DNA from: Bispira polyomma
Lineage: Eukaryota
DNA: 64,000 nt
Assembly: GCA_965649765.1 (NCBI GenBank)
Contig: OZ287752.1
Span: 55,614,001-55,678,000, forward strand
Direction: 5' to 3'
Shown: positions 42,700 through 55,974 of the stretch, one piece after another
Position numbering within the stretch: the first letter of the stretch is position 1
Layout: each line of letters begins with the position of its first letter
Made by a program: the position numbers and the translations under genes
The notes under the pieces: generated by a model
Database searches by the model: none
Told to the model about the DNA's origin: nothing
Seen by the model: only the letters and a program-made list of their open reading frames with translations

Positions 42700-44790
42700 A
42701 TCATTATTGGGTTAACTCCTATATGTGGATAAATGTGTCAGGGTAGCTAGGGCATTTCTCAATCGCATGTTCGATGTACTGTACAATATAAGTGATTAAG
42801 GTAATGTTAAGCTGGATGTGCAATTGTTTCAGGACCTCAGATGGTTTGACAAATTCCTCAGTAAATTTAATCGGGTGTTATTTTTTGACCACGCCCCTGT
42901 AACCAATCACAATTAACTAGATGCATGCCTCACAGGCATAGTTGGTAAATGTAATAGCCTAGTTTACACCAAGACTGTACCGCAGGATTGTCTAAATTTC
43001 ACCATCGTCCACCTCGAGATGTTAAACATCTTGGTGGCCATAAAGCTCTTGAAGCAGCTCCGGGCAGGTCAAAAACTGATGGTCCACTGTGATAACCAAG
43101 CAGCGGTGTCCATCTTTACCTCAGGCAGGACTAAAGATCTAATATTAGCTGCCATTCCACCCAACATTCTGATGGAAGTGGCTGGCACTTATATAAATGT
43201 AAAAACAGTCCATATACTGGATAAAATAATCAAGCGGCCAACCTTTTATCAAGATGGCATATGACAGTACATAATGATTACAAACTAAAACAAATTGTAC
43301 CCACCCTGAGTGGGTAAACATTCCAGACCAATTACTAGACATTGATTGGAGTATATAATACATTTCTGGTCTTCCCTCCCTGGCAGCCCTTCCAGCAGCA
43401 CATAAAAACCAAAAGACTCCAGCCGGCATTTAGGCCTACAACCCAACAAGCATACAAAGCAATGTTCATGCTCTTCCTGGATTATTGCTGCTTTATTCAA
43501 ATTAACATACAAGAAACAACTCCATTGCTGCTCTTGTCATTTCTGCAATTATTAGTAGTGGGAAAAATGTCTCATTCCTCAATTGTTAATCACATGGCAG
43601 CAATTAAGGCTAAATTTGGAATTTACGGTTTAGACACAACTCCTTTTAAATACTCACAAATTAAGTACTTCAATAAGGCCATCATATTACACAGACCATT
43701 CAGGGCAAAAATTTACCAAATGATTAACATAGGCCTCCTAACCCTGATAATCAAACTATGTGATTCCATGAATATAGGTCAAGTTTTCAAAGCAGCTTAC
43801 CTCATGGCCTTTTTTGCCTTCCTCATAATCTCCCATCTAGTCCCACATACCTAATTCCATTTACTGGCCTTCAGCAGCTGACCAGGGTGGATGTGCTTTT
43901 TGCCTCCCCCCCCCCTCCCCTGGCCTCCACCTCATCATTAAATAGTCTATAACTCTGCAGACCAGGAACATGGTTAGGTTACTTAAAGTCCCTGCCCTGC
44001 TAAACTCACAGATAAAAAATCCTATCACCCCTGGCAATAAAAATTACCCCATATTTTAGTACAAACAAAATGCCTCTTGGGTGGCCCTTACAGACTAAAG
44101 ATTAAGACTAGGTTTCTATGACACCCCATCACGCTCAATGAATTTTGTCGTTCTGGTGCAATCATGGCTTTTAATAACAATGTCCCTTTGCAGGACACAC
44201 AAAATCATTGAACTTGGACCTCTGACTGTGGAGGTACGTGACCTCGGACCACAAGGCGTTTGATAAAGTGGCCCTCTCCTTTCAAACACTCATCACTACT
44301 CCTACCTCCTAATTGGGCCTTGGTGCTTTGTTGTATAATGTTTAACCTCTAGGTAAAGAATCACAATGTAAACATGCTCATATTATACTTAGTTTAAGGT
44401 CACCCTAAGCTCCTTAAATTAGAATCACCTAAACGTAAAACCAAGGTTAAGGTTAACTTAACTCAACTTTGGCCTAGCCTCAAACTCAGGTTAAGGTTAC
44501 CTTAAATTAGGTTAGGGTTAACGATATTTTTTAGTGCTGCCATAAAATGACAGTAAGGCAACCTTTAACTGTATGGCCCACTTTAGGGCTTACTTAACAT
44601 AACTAATGCTGGCCTTAGGGTGGCCTTTAATTAATATTAGTAAATTAGTGTTTTAACTATAAAGTATGTCAATAAGTTAGTTGTTTAACATAGAAATGAA
44701 TTTAATACTCCCACTCACCTCTTATCACTTCAAGGTCATCAATTTCTATCATCAAGGGGGCACTGTATCTTTACATGGCACATGGCCTAG
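42700..44790 (+). mobile_element. 5'-truncated YR retrotransposon Ec (RT end, RNase H, YR, 3' region)
   Basis: LLYVDKCVRVARAFLNRM; LDACLTG; IVHLEMLNILVA; HCDNQAAV; YR AFRPTT...FKAAYLMAFFAFLIISHL...RSGA; 3' region ends caagggggcaCTG (44763-44765) like E2. Confidence 0.9.
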
Positions 44791-44902
44791 GAGGTGTGTC
44801 CCTATTTAGATCTCCCAAATTATATCAATGGTTTTCTCATGTTTGTTTGAAGTACACCTCGTCACATTAGTTATAATTTGCGTCACATTAGTTATAATTT
44901 GC

Positions 44903-44990
44903 GATTAACGTTTTGGGTTTGTTGCGCCTTAGAATTTGTTGTACAAAGATTAAGCGCTATAAAAGTATGACTAGATTAGATTAGATTAGA
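44903..44990 (+). mobile_element. Retroelement 3' tail with (TTAGA)n; 21-bp tandem duplication at its 5' junction
   Basis: Near-identical to 22329-22405; gtcacattagttataatttgc x2 at 44861-44902. Confidence 0.7.
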
Positions 44991-45139
44991 CATTAATTTA
45001 GGCTTGAAGCCTAAAATATTTGACAATTTAATGGCTTAGTTTACTGAAACATTTACATGATTTAATAATATCAAGCAAACTAGTTTACTATGTTACAGAT
45101 AATAATGTCAATGATTATTGTATTTAAATTTGTATTAAT

Positions 45140-45169
45140 GTTAGGGGTTAGGGTTAAGGGTAAGGGTTA
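45140..45169 (+). repeat. Degenerate interstitial TTAGGG-like tract
   Basis: gttaggggttagggttaaggggtaagggtt. Confidence 0.55.
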
Positions 45170-47295
45170 TCCCAGTAATAAACGGACATCAAAAGAAAAA
45201 CAAATAAATAGAAGTAACATTATGTTTGTATGTAATAATGCACCCATGTAATATTGTAAACCTTAAGAGAAAACATGTATTTCATATACCAGAACATTAA
45301 CATTTCCTCTATTTTATCACATATATTTGAAATAAAAATTTAAAAAATTCAGTGATTGTATAATCACCTGCTGATAATTGTTATAGAATTCTAATTTTAC
45401 AAGCTAACTTTAAAAACGAAGCTTTTAACACTTTTTTAGTGAATATATAGTAAATTGACAGTTTCCGTCATTGCTTGCACAACTTCAGTAAATAACCGTG
45501 AATATTGTTACAGATTTTAATGGCAAAGAGACCAACCAAGCAGTGGGGCTTAGCAGATTTAACACCAATGTCAAAAAATCACAAGGCTCCCAATTTAAAA
45601 CTGTGCTACGATTCAAGTATGGAAGTACTTACTATTGACATGTCATTCTCAAGCTCCAAATGACTAAAGTGGTACTTTTGAAATAATAATATCCAATTCC
45701 AAGGCTATACAAATATACACTTAAAAGATGAGACAAATACCAAGAGCTTAATTATGTGGAGGAAACTTAATATATTAGAATGGAGATAATTTATATTAAA
45801 AAATACAGAGGACACATATATGTCCAGTACACATATTTTATCTTTAACATGAACCTAGTATCAACAAAGACATATGAAACAGCTTATATTGATCAACTAC
45901 GTTTTCGATGAACTTTGTTATTCATAATCATGGTGTCGCCATGTCATGGTAGCGGCTCTGAAAATTACGTTTGATGTCTAAAAATTAAAAATTAGGTTTT
46001 TATATTGCTGTGATATAGAACTATAGACAAACATCCTTACAATCATGTGATGCTGATATGAAACTGTAATGTTTGACAGAATAATATAAAAAGACACAGC
46101 CCACTTTTCTGTGATTGTAGGGTAGAACTTCTATAGTTTGTACAAAAATATGAACACAGGATGAATTGGCTATATTATAATGTAAATTTATTTACCATAT
46201 CACCTGTGTTGTTATTATGTACTTCACTTAAGGATATGTTGCTTATGTGCGATAGCCCACACGGGAGCTAGCTAGATCAATGCTCCCAGTTATTTCTAAA
46301 TCTATTCTTGTCCACTTGACCCCACTTTTAATTGGATTTTGGTGGACTAATTAACCCAGCTTTTCCCGCTATTTTCTCCACTTGCCATTACAAACTGAAT
46401 TACCATAGAGAAGACACCGCCATCTTAATTATATTTTATTTCATGTTTCAGATGTTTTTAGTCAAGAAAGCCAAAGTATTACAGTGATGTTTGAGAATAT
46501 AGCTGAAGCTGATACACACAGAGATTATCCTCACTACTGAATACTCTGATTAGATGTGTGATAACTCTTGAGTTTGCTTCAGTCTTGTTCGTATCTCTAA
46601 CCATTTGACCAATTTATATTCAGTTATAAAATCTATTAAAATATAACAGCTAATTATTGTAGTTTCTTAAACCAAATTTTTACATTAACCAGCAATGACT
46701 ACAATAAGATTAAGTGAAAACTACACCCACAGTAAATAATTTATAGTTATCATCTATTGCTTTTTTGTGAAGTCACATATTTGTTAAATCACATAGACGC
46801 TAGAGGTTTTCAGTTATATGTGTTAGTATACTGCCAAATGTGTGTAAAATATCAAGAATTGCAACTTCTAGCTTCTAACACTACAATTTTCTGGGCATAA
46901 ACATTATTTGTAGTTACGAAGACGAATTTGTATTGAAATATAATCGTGGATGTTATATAACTAGTGGTAAGATCCATTTCCATCTGTATTTGTATATTAT
47001 AAACTGAGACAGGGCATATCATGTAGTTTTTATTTGACTTTGACAATGTAAGATAAATTTCCGCAATTATAGTTTATTATAAATGTTTATTATGAAAAAA
47101 CTCCCCGAATACAATAGCAAGTTGTAATGTGAAAACAATCTGAGGCATACTTAATCATGTGAAATTCAGATGATAATTTAGCAAAAAAGTGTACTTTATT
47201 CATTGTAGAAATAAGGTTAGTCTTATACACATACATTCATTAGATATTTATACTTCATAATCTCATATCACAGCTACATATTGCAAGCAATGAAA

Positions 47296-47438
47296 TCAAT
47301 CAATCGTCTTTGATTCACACTGTTTTAGTTGTTCTAATTTTTTTCCAATAACAGCAGTAATACTTATTACAACTGCAGTACCACATATTACGATTGCAAC
47401 TATTGCTCCAGTTGACAAACCTCCATCTAGTGGTGTGT
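47296..47438 (-). pseudogene. Gene 2 exon 3: transmembrane segment
   Basis: ctgcag|AC; DTPLDGGLSTGAIVAIVICGTAVVISITAVIGKK...*. Confidence 0.7.
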
Positions 47439-47799
47439 CTGCAGCATGTGGAAATATTTAATGAACGCTATTATACTGGCCACAAATAGTATCACATCTT
47501 ATAAATATAATTAAATTATTATAAGTTCTACATGCATATTTTCACATTGAATACAACTGTGCGATATTTTCAAAGAGTGTACACTTATTCACACCAATAA
47601 AAAGAACCATAAAATAATTTGGTAAGATACATATAATCTATAAAAGTATAACTGTTTAGTTGTTACGTTAAATAGGTTAGGATACACGTTAGTGATCTCT
47701 CTTAGAAAATAGACTATATTTATGTAAGTCAAGTGTATCCTAACCCATATCTATTGAACATAATCATAAAGATTGATCAGACATTCATAAAAGATTTAC

Positions 47800-48088
47800 C
47801 TTTTATAAAGGTGGAATTGCTGATTATTTTGTCCAGTAACATCACCTTCATAGAGTAAGGAACATCTTACGGTTGTGTTTTTGAAACGTTTATCAGCATT
47901 GACTGAACAAGACACATTGTTTAAATTACCCTCGTCACACACATTCTTTGTATCACAATCAATTGCTTCGGCCTCTTTATCATCAATATACAAACGAAAT
48001 ATTTCATTGTCAGGAGAATTACACTTTCTTGAAATGCATATCACAGTATTATCATGGATATCATGACGTATATCAAGTAATGCAGTAT
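47800..48088 (-). pseudogene. Gene 2 exon 2: Ig-like domain
   Basis: ttctttacag|AT; NTVICISRKC...RFKNTTVRCSL...; donor ag|gtaaat; 289 nt, one base too many for phase 1-1. Confidence 0.65.
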
Positions 48089-48202
48089 CTGTAAAGAATA
48101 AATGGCCAACTTTTAAGAAAACTTCATAGGTGATCAAGAACTAATGATTCTTATAATATTATATATATCGTAAAATATTGGATATATGTGAACTTCTTGC
48201 CC

Positions 48203-48250
48203 TGGGCCTGTATTCATGAAGGGACTTAGCCAAGTCGTAGGCTTAAATCA
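48203..48250. mobile_element. One end of a MITE
   Basis: ctgggcctgtattcatgaag resembles the caggggccgtattcac terminus at 60387; no partner TIR found. Confidence 0.4.
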
Positions 48251-48703
48251 AGCACAAAAGTGTACTGATTATGGCACAAAAGTATACTGATTTCAGTGCC
48301 CTGACCTTGGGGATTGATGTATGACCTTGAGTGAGACGAGCAGTTGGGATTATATATATTTTAATCTATCACTACACACATATATATATATATATATATA
48401 CTGGTATTTACTTTACTTAAAACTTTATTAAATGTAGATGAGGCCACCTTATTGAAAATTTTGAAAACTAAGTCTAAGTACACTTAAGGTGACTTTAAGT
48501 TGACTTAGGTTAAGGTTACCGTAAGTTAAGTTAAGGTTGACGTAAATTAAAAGTTGACTATAAGTTTACTAAATTTAAGGTAACCTTGTAAAATTACATG
48601 TTTTAAGATTGGCCTTAGCCTTACATTACTTCAAGTTAAGGTTACCATATATTTTAGTATAAGGTGGCCTTAAATAAATTAGAAAAGTTGTAAAATACTG
48701 ATT

Positions 48704-49736
48704 TTAAATGTAAAGTAAAAGAAAGCGATAACCACCAAGGCTCAAGTAGGAGGTAGTAGGAGAGTTGAGGAGCGACTGAAGCTCTATGGCCACTTGGTCA
48801 GAGGCTGCGTGGTCTTGGGTGATATACCTCCAAACACATTCCGAGGACCAAATACCCTGACTTTGAATATCTTGCAGGGGTACATGAGCATTAAATGCGA
48901 GAGTCACTCCAGAACGTCGAAATGTATGGAAAGTAATATTAGAGTCTTTTCTATTTAGTCTGACAAAAATAGCCTGAAGGTTCCGATGAATTTTGCTGTC
49001 CGTTAAGGGGACCCAAATGGTCTTGTGTTTAATTTGAAAAAGAGGAGAATTTTCACTGCCAGATATTAAGATTTTTTAAAGCTACCACAGGGCAAATAGA
49101 GGTATTATGCAGCATAGAAATCTTTATTACTTTAATTGCATTTCTTGATTGTAGACTTTTGATCCATTTTACTATAATGTGAGCACCAGGGGGGGGGGGG
49201 GGGGCGAAGATGCTGTCAGCCCGTGCTAACTGGTGTAAAGGTGAGTAAGCAGCTTGTGCATGTGGAACCAGATTGGAAATATGCAAGAAAGAGAAAAAGG
49301 CAAGCAAGTATGCCGCCTTGAATATTTGACCCATGTACATGGAATCACAAGTAAGCGCAATTTTTGCAGCAATTCAATGTCAATTATACCATTTATTTTG
49401 CTCTGAAGGGTTTTTGGAGGACTAGAGCTTTCTGGAAATATTTAATTCTCTGGTCAGAAAATGCTTGGACGGACAAGCCATACAAGGACATATTGGCCTT
49501 GATAGCAGAGAGATAGTTTGCTACTGAGGTGTGTGATACATTGTTTGCCACTAAAACTTCTAGAAAAGCTAACAAGGAAATAGGAGTGATGTGTTGTAGT
49601 GAAATATGTGCAAAACAGCAATAAGCTAGAAACACTCTGAACATAGCTGTATATGCTTTTTTAGTGGAAGGGCGAAAAGCGTGGTGGGCTCTACTGGCTG
49701 CTCTGTCTGCAAGCTTTACCACCCAGGATGAGGCAC
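48704..49736 (-). pseudogene. E2 tyrosine recombinase (frameshifted)
   Basis: AFRPST; FLHISNL (catalytic R>H); IVKWIKS; CPV; FHTFRRSG; QGIWSSECVWRY. Confidence 0.92.
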
Positions 49737-49752
49737 CTGAAAAATTGTAAAT

Positions 49753-51300
49753 TTAAATGGACCAATCTATATGTAACAGGTCATCTTTTACCTGCAACCA
49801 TGTAGGATTTGACATTAATTCCTTTAGTTTTTGTTACTGTTATTTGTAATTGCCCATCTCAAGTGGAGGTCAGCTGTGACGTTTGTTTTTCCCAAGATAT
49901 GAACCGTTCTGAGCTCAATGTCTGCCCTAGCTGTCTCCATAAAAATATTTCGGGTCATTGCCGCTAGCGTGAGGTCATAGGTCTTCCCTGAGTTCAAAAC
50001 TGAAACTACTGCTTGGTTGTCACAGTGTACAAGCAATTTTTTACCTGACCACTGGTCTTTCCATACCCTTAATGTCACCTAAATGTTTAACATCTCTAGA
50101 TGGACAATTGTATAGTTTTGATAACCCAGAGGAATTTGTTTTGTATGGACTTGATTGTTACAGCAAGCCCCAAAGCCCTGTAAACAAGCATCCAAGTAAA
50201 CTTCATCAGTTACTGGTTTGTGATAAAAAAAGGCTACTCCATTAAAAGTTGGAAGAAATGAGTTGTACCAGTTCAAATCTTGGTGAAATGCATTGTCAAG
50301 TTCAATACTAGTGGCATTATGTGAAGCTCGAAGTGTGTCTAGCATTCTGTTAAGGTAGGCTCTAGAGGTCCTGACACATTTTGATATATAAAGGAGAGAA
50401 CCTAATAGTGACTGTAGCTGTCTTTTAGTGCAGCACTTTTTACATATCCAGTTTTGACACCTTTGTTTGATTTCCATTAGTTTGGTATTTGGGACTGAGA
50501 CTGTGAAGTCTTTTGTGTTAACTAGTACTCCTAAACAGACTACCTTAGTGATAGGGGAGACTGGTTTCTTTTCACTTATGGCAAAACCTAACTTTTTGAA
50601 TACTTCTTGTAATAATTGGAAAGACTCAAATATTGTAGAGGGAAGGCCGTACCCTATGACGTCATCAATGTAGTTGATGACATTGAGACCTTGTGACGTC
50701 ATGATGTATCTTATGGCGTCACTGAGCCTTTAAATAATTGCACTTCTGTGGCGATAGCCAAATGGGAGGCACGTGTCAATAAAGTAGTCTTGTAGCTGTA
50801 AACCCAAGAGATCATAGTCTGCAGGGTCAATTTTCACATTACGAAAAGCGTGACTTATGTCTAGTTTGTACAATAATGCTCCTTTACCTAGTTTAACAAT
50901 GTTGCGCGTTATATCATCGACTGTGGGTAAAGTCAAAATGAATGGAGTGTCTAAATATTTGTCTTTCTCTATAGCTGAGTTTACAGCACGACCCTGAGGG
51001 CAACTTAAATCAATAATGACCCTTCTGTGTTTAATTGAGATGCGGCAGGTATTTGTGCTCCTAGAAAACTTGGAAGTTTTTCTTTTTTTAACAATTTCAT
51101 GCAATTTTAGTGAATCACCTGAGTGTGGACGAGGGTTTACCATGTTTGGGAGTTTTGTACTTCCCAATGGGATGAATCCAAATTTCTGTTTGTTTTGGGC
51201 ATTCTATGCCTTAAATAATTCGTTGTCTTTTGCCATTTCTACCGCGTCCCTATGTTTCCTCTTTACTTGTAATTGCAATTCATACTTGTCCCCTATTTGT
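49753..51300 (-). pseudogene. E2 RT/RNase H (frameshifted, internal deletion near 51030)
   Basis: RRVIIDLS; KLDISHAFRN; LPFGYR; NYIDD; YLDACLQGFG; HLEMLNI; HCDNQAVV. Confidence 0.92.
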
Positions 51301-51886
51301 GTACACGGGATATATCAATCGATTCACCTGAATTGTTATTACCTAACGTGTCGTTGCCGCCCCCTTGGAGTGTGAGCAATGGTGTGAACCTGTTTTGACA
51401 GGTTGTTTGCTTTGCACTTGGTTTTCCCCCCAACCCATATATTGTTTAACAGAAAGTTGTCTCCTTGGCTGACACCATTGTTAGAGGTGTGACAATTGCC
51501 ATTGTTTCCTGTTTCAATGGCAGAAGGAGGGGGTGGTTCTTGGACAATGGTCGTAGTGGCACCCCTTCTCGGGTTGTGCACTGCAGCTTTCAACCTGTGT
51601 ACATTAGCTGAATTCGTATTTTGTACACGCACATTTTCACATACTTGTTTTTTAAAACATCGGTGACAATTTGAGGACTGACCTTGGATTTGTTTTTTAC
51701 CGACTTGTATAGAATTTTGGTTTTGTTTTCCCATAGTCACAACCTGAGTGTATGATCTATTTATAAATCGCGCCCAGTCAGTTTTCCAGTTGTCACTACA
51801 TACATTTAAACAATTAGAATTATTTACAAATCTAGTACTGAAAACTGTAATATTAACACATTTTTGCACTGCTGTATTGCAGTGCC

Positions 51887-52927
51887 TTAATCGTTTTTTG
51901 ATACACTTTGATCATGACTTTTACTTGGCCGATTTCTGTGGCAATCCTTGGAAGCATGTTGGAAAGATTTACCTACTGCTTGACATGTGGCACAAATGTG
52001 AAGGTACATTTGACCTCTGGTCTCATGATCAGCTTTCTGGGGACAAGATCCCTTCTGAAAATACCTGTATGGAATTCCCTTATCGCTACCTTTCACGACC
52101 CTATTTGAGCTATAGTGAGACGAAGTGGCTGAAGTGTTTAATATCTTCTGGGCATGTGCCCGTCTTATTCTGTCAAGTTTTGCAGTGTCATCCCAGGAGG
52201 CCTTACCCTCCTCCATCCTACATAGTAGGACGACATGACTACCTTTGGCAGCTGCCCATGAAAAATCATAGGCGTCCTCCATCAAATCCTGAACATAGTC
52301 TACTATGGCATTTTTAGTGTCAGTATTGCTTTCATCCCTTACAATTGCACAAAAACCTAACACCCATTGTGCCATTGATAAACTGTCATAAGTTGTACGA
52401 GCCTTAGTAGTCCCCCTAGGATATGATTTTGTGGCCAAGTGACCTGGCGCTTGACCCATACAATTTCTGCCCCCTCCCCTCTGCGACTTGAAGTTACTTT
52501 TTTCATTGAGGCCTGTGAGATCCCTCAGTCTAGTGTCCACAGCATTCTGCAGATATTCAGACATCTTCAAAGTAGATAACGACGGGACGAGGATGTCATC
52601 AGACTCAGCAGACACCGTACCAGGGGCTGTAGACACAGTAGCAGCGGGCAACGGTACAGGAGCAGCTACAGGGATTGCTGTGGGGACAGTAACACTAGGT
52701 TGAATTTCAGACTGTCCAACACGCTTTTCTATATCAGCCATATGACCACTTAGTCCCTTTAACTCTTCCAATATACGGGCATTTATCGCCGCACTAGAAG
52801 TGTCACTATTTGTTGACACATTGTTCGTTGTCTCTTGAGACAAGTTTTCAAACGGACAGTTTTCATTTATAGGTTTTCTATGGCTTGTCGAGCAAGCTCT
52901 ACATTCATAGTTTTTACGCGGTGCCAT
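51887..52927 (-). pseudogene. E2 gag-like ORF
   Basis: MAPRKNYECRACSTSHRKPINENC; YDSLSMAQWVLGF; DLMEDAYDFSWAAAKGSH; C-terminal Cys/His cluster HICATC...H.SKDC. Confidence 0.85.
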
Positions 52928-53897
52928 TCTGCAAAATACAAGAGACACAATGCTTTGGTACACGCAGATTCAGCTAAGGGTGTATAGAATTTAGCAATAG
53001 AAAAACAGTGTTGATAAGAGTAAAAGTAAGCACAGCCCTCAACTATAGCTCCAACGAGAGAGCAGAATTCGAATATGTCAAAGCATTTGACTAAACACAG
53101 CAACAGGAGCCAGCAAGTGTCAGATTTTTATTCCAAACTGCAACCAGTCCACCTCTGTAACATATATATAGCACTCAATAACTTGTAAAATCATAAAAAC
53201 TGTAGCATTAAAACAAGAAAAGTAAAATAATAAAACTGAAAAAAGAAATGAAAATTTTTTAAAATGGCGTTCTGCCCTTTCAATTTCTAATTTTAAAGTG
53301 AGGATAATTATGTTTTGGCGGGAATCTCTGAGGGATGTAGGCCAACTGCCAGCCAATAATATTTGAGGTCAATGTAACCAGAATATATAAAAAATTAAGT
53401 AGCAGTTCTCCTAGTTGAAAGTTATGAAGGTCATATAAAGGTCACAAGCTCTTAGCCTAAGATATTGTTAAAGGCTAAAGTACTATGAAGGTTAAAAGTC
53501 CTTATTCTAAATAATGTAGCTTTGAAGAGAGTGAAACCATGTTTATATTATACATGTTATCTAACGTCTATGTACAGTTGTAGGGTTAATTTAAAATTTT
53601 TAAAATGTGATATTTTAAAATACCCAACATATCAAAAAAAATCAGACACCAAGATGTTCGCAGATCCCATTCATACCCATAAGTACATTTTTCAGACTAG
53701 TCTGTTCAAGTTAATATAATATACAATCCCGTAAAACAATTTTAAAACAGTGTAAAGAAGCTTGCACCCAGGTCACTGAGAAACTTTAAGCCTAAATATC
53801 TCTATCCATTAAGGTTACTAATTTTAAACATGACCGTAAGTCACATATAGTCAAGGTCAAACAAGGCTTATGGCCATACAAGTTCATGCAGGAGACA

Positions 53898-54089
53898 ACA
53901 GCCGAATGAAATGCGTTTGAGGTCAAGGTCATAAGATGGTAGTTTGACCTTGTGTGTGAGGTTTTGAAAGGTAAAAGGTCAGATGCAGTTTGGGAAATTT
54001 ATTTATAAATCTTTAGTTTATAAATGTTTAGCTTCTATGTACAACTATACAGAAAGTTTTAGATAAGAACTAAAATTTTAACATGCCAA
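53898..54089 (-). repeat. E3 repeat B2
   Basis: ~192 bp; about 6-7 differences from 54791-54982. Confidence 0.95.
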
Positions 54090-54467
54090 TAGGCAAGTAA
54101 AGGGTTTAAAAAAAACCCAACACATAAGAAAAAATATAACAGTAAGGTAACTCATAGACAAAGTAACATATAACCAATGATGACTTAAGAATAAAGCTAA
54201 TAACAATATGGTAAGCATAACCAATCATAGCTAAAAATAAGAAAATAAAGCAATATGGTAGATAACTACAAAATAAAACAACATGCTACTACAGCAATAT
54301 GGTAAATATAACTAGTGAATTAAAGAGCTACTGTAGCATTATGGTAAACATAACCAATCATAGCTAAACATAAAAGGTAAGCAATATGGTAACAAATAAC
54401 CAATCATAGCTTCAACAAATTTAAAGAATTAAAGCCCTAAGGCAAAGGAGTGAGTATTAAGCCCACA

Positions 54468-54794
54468 ATCCTTAGATATTTTACAAATATGTACAAGGGA
54501 GGAGGGTTGGGAGATTTTTGATGTTGTTAGTTTGATTTCTAACTTAATAATGAGCTTATCCTACAAAGGGCGCCAATGCTCTGGGGAGAGTAAGAAGGAT
54601 TTGTCTTCTGACTTATCAGTGAGAGTATAAGAAAGGCGGGAAATGCCGAGGAGAGTGTAGGGAGTGTTATCTGAATGCAGCGTTGGGGTGAGGAGTGACT
54701 GTGATAAGCAAGTAGTTTGAAAATAGAAGTACAGTAAAGTATAGCATTTCCACGGCTGACTAGCCATGCTACTTCGTGGCAGTGACGAAGACAG
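54468..54794 (-). repeat. E3 repeat A2
   Basis: ~327 bp matching 59902-60338 apart from a 110-bp duplication and a few substitutions. Confidence 0.95.
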
Positions 54795-54982
54795 CCGAAT
54801 GAAATGTGTTTGAGGTCAATGTCATAAGATGGTAGTTTGACCTTGTGTGTGAGGTTTTGAAAGGTAAAAGATCAGATGCAGTTTGGGATATTTATCTATA
54901 AATCTTTAGTTTATAAATGTTTAGCTACTATGTACAACTATACAGAAAGTTTTAGATAAGAACTAAAATTTTAACATGCCAA
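54791..54982 (-). repeat. E3 repeat B1
   Basis: Begins just after the YR stop; abuts A2 through a shared ACAG. Confidence 0.95.
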
Positions 54983-54989
54983 AGCCAAA

Positions 54990-55968
54990 CTAAAATTTAG
55001 AAGAGACAATAGAAGCAAAAGTGGTAGGGATGATAGAAGAAGCGTGAGAAGTATTTTTTAAATAAGTCCACACTGCATCTGACTTCCAGCACCCATGTTT
55101 TTGTATGTGCTGGAGATTTATGTTAGAATTGAATGCTTAGGAGGCGCCAGAGCGCCTGAAACAATGAAAAGAATGACCTTCAGTGGGGATGTTTAGCTGA
55201 TTAAGGATAAGTTTTAATGTAGATCTTAACTTGTTGTCAGTTAAGCAAAGACCTGTGTTTGAAGGATTTGCTAAAAGAGGATCATGGGTCCAAGGAGATA
55301 TTTTTGAAAAAGGGACTTTGCAGCCCTAACAGGACACAGCCAAGAATTGCTTAGGGAAGGTAATTGTATGATATCAGGAGAAGTCCTAGCCTGATTTGTT
55401 TTGGACCATTTTATAATTAAGTGAATACCAGGAGGAGCAAATAAGATATCTGACCTTGTGAGATGTCTAGTGGGGTCAAAGGGGGTACCTGAAGAGGGAG
55501 TCAAATTTGATATTCGTAAAAAACCAAAAAATGCAAACAAAAAAGTTGTCCTAAATAACTCAGGATACTGAAGTTGCTCACATGCTTGAGAAATTTGTAA
55601 GAGCTGAGTTAAGTCAAAAACTCCTTTGACCTTGGGTGAATACTTGGAAGTGATCTCTAAGGATCTGGTGTATAAAGGTAATCTGGGATCATAAAGCCCA
55701 GTGTTCTGAATGTTCAGCACTTTAGTTTCGTGTCTTAAAGCTGAAAGGTAATTTGTGACGACATTGTAAGAAATTCCTGATTGAGTCAAGAATTCAAAGA
55801 AAGCTATGATACTGTTGAAACTAAAAGTCTGTTGTAAGTCATAATAAATTGTGAAACACAGAAACAATCAAAACTGGTTGTCATACTGTTTCTGTGTTCT
55901 TGGTCTGTGACTCTGTTCTAAACACCTAAATGCGTCTTGTACCAGTGAAGTGGCAAGTAAGGAAGTGT
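54990..55968 (-). pseudogene. E3 tyrosine recombinase
   Basis: FGFLRISNL; IKWSKTNQ; CPV; FHCFRRSGA; KHGCWKSDAVWTY (R-K-HxxR-H/W-Y set); stops and one frameshift. Confidence 0.95.
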
Positions 55969-55974
55969 CTGAAA

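Larger units (their letters stand above)
48294..53901 (-). mobile_element. YR (Ngaro-like) retrotransposon E2, decayed: A-gag-RT/RNaseH-YR-B
   Basis: Full domain set. The left end cagtgccc matches the Ec 3' terminus; the right end resembles the E3 A-repeat terminus. Confidence 0.9.

Noticed and set aside
45140-45169. Relic telomere fusion site
   Set aside because: Only 4-5 degenerate units in one orientation.
47675-47745. 13-bp inverted repeat (and the 10-bp hairpin at 1908-1939) as a functional RNA or terminator
   Set aside because: Short and intronic; most likely MITE debris or chance.
54561-54767. ORFs MASQPWKCY... in the A repeats (also 59961-60311)
   Set aside because: They lie within terminal repeats, differ in length between copies and show no recognisable domain.
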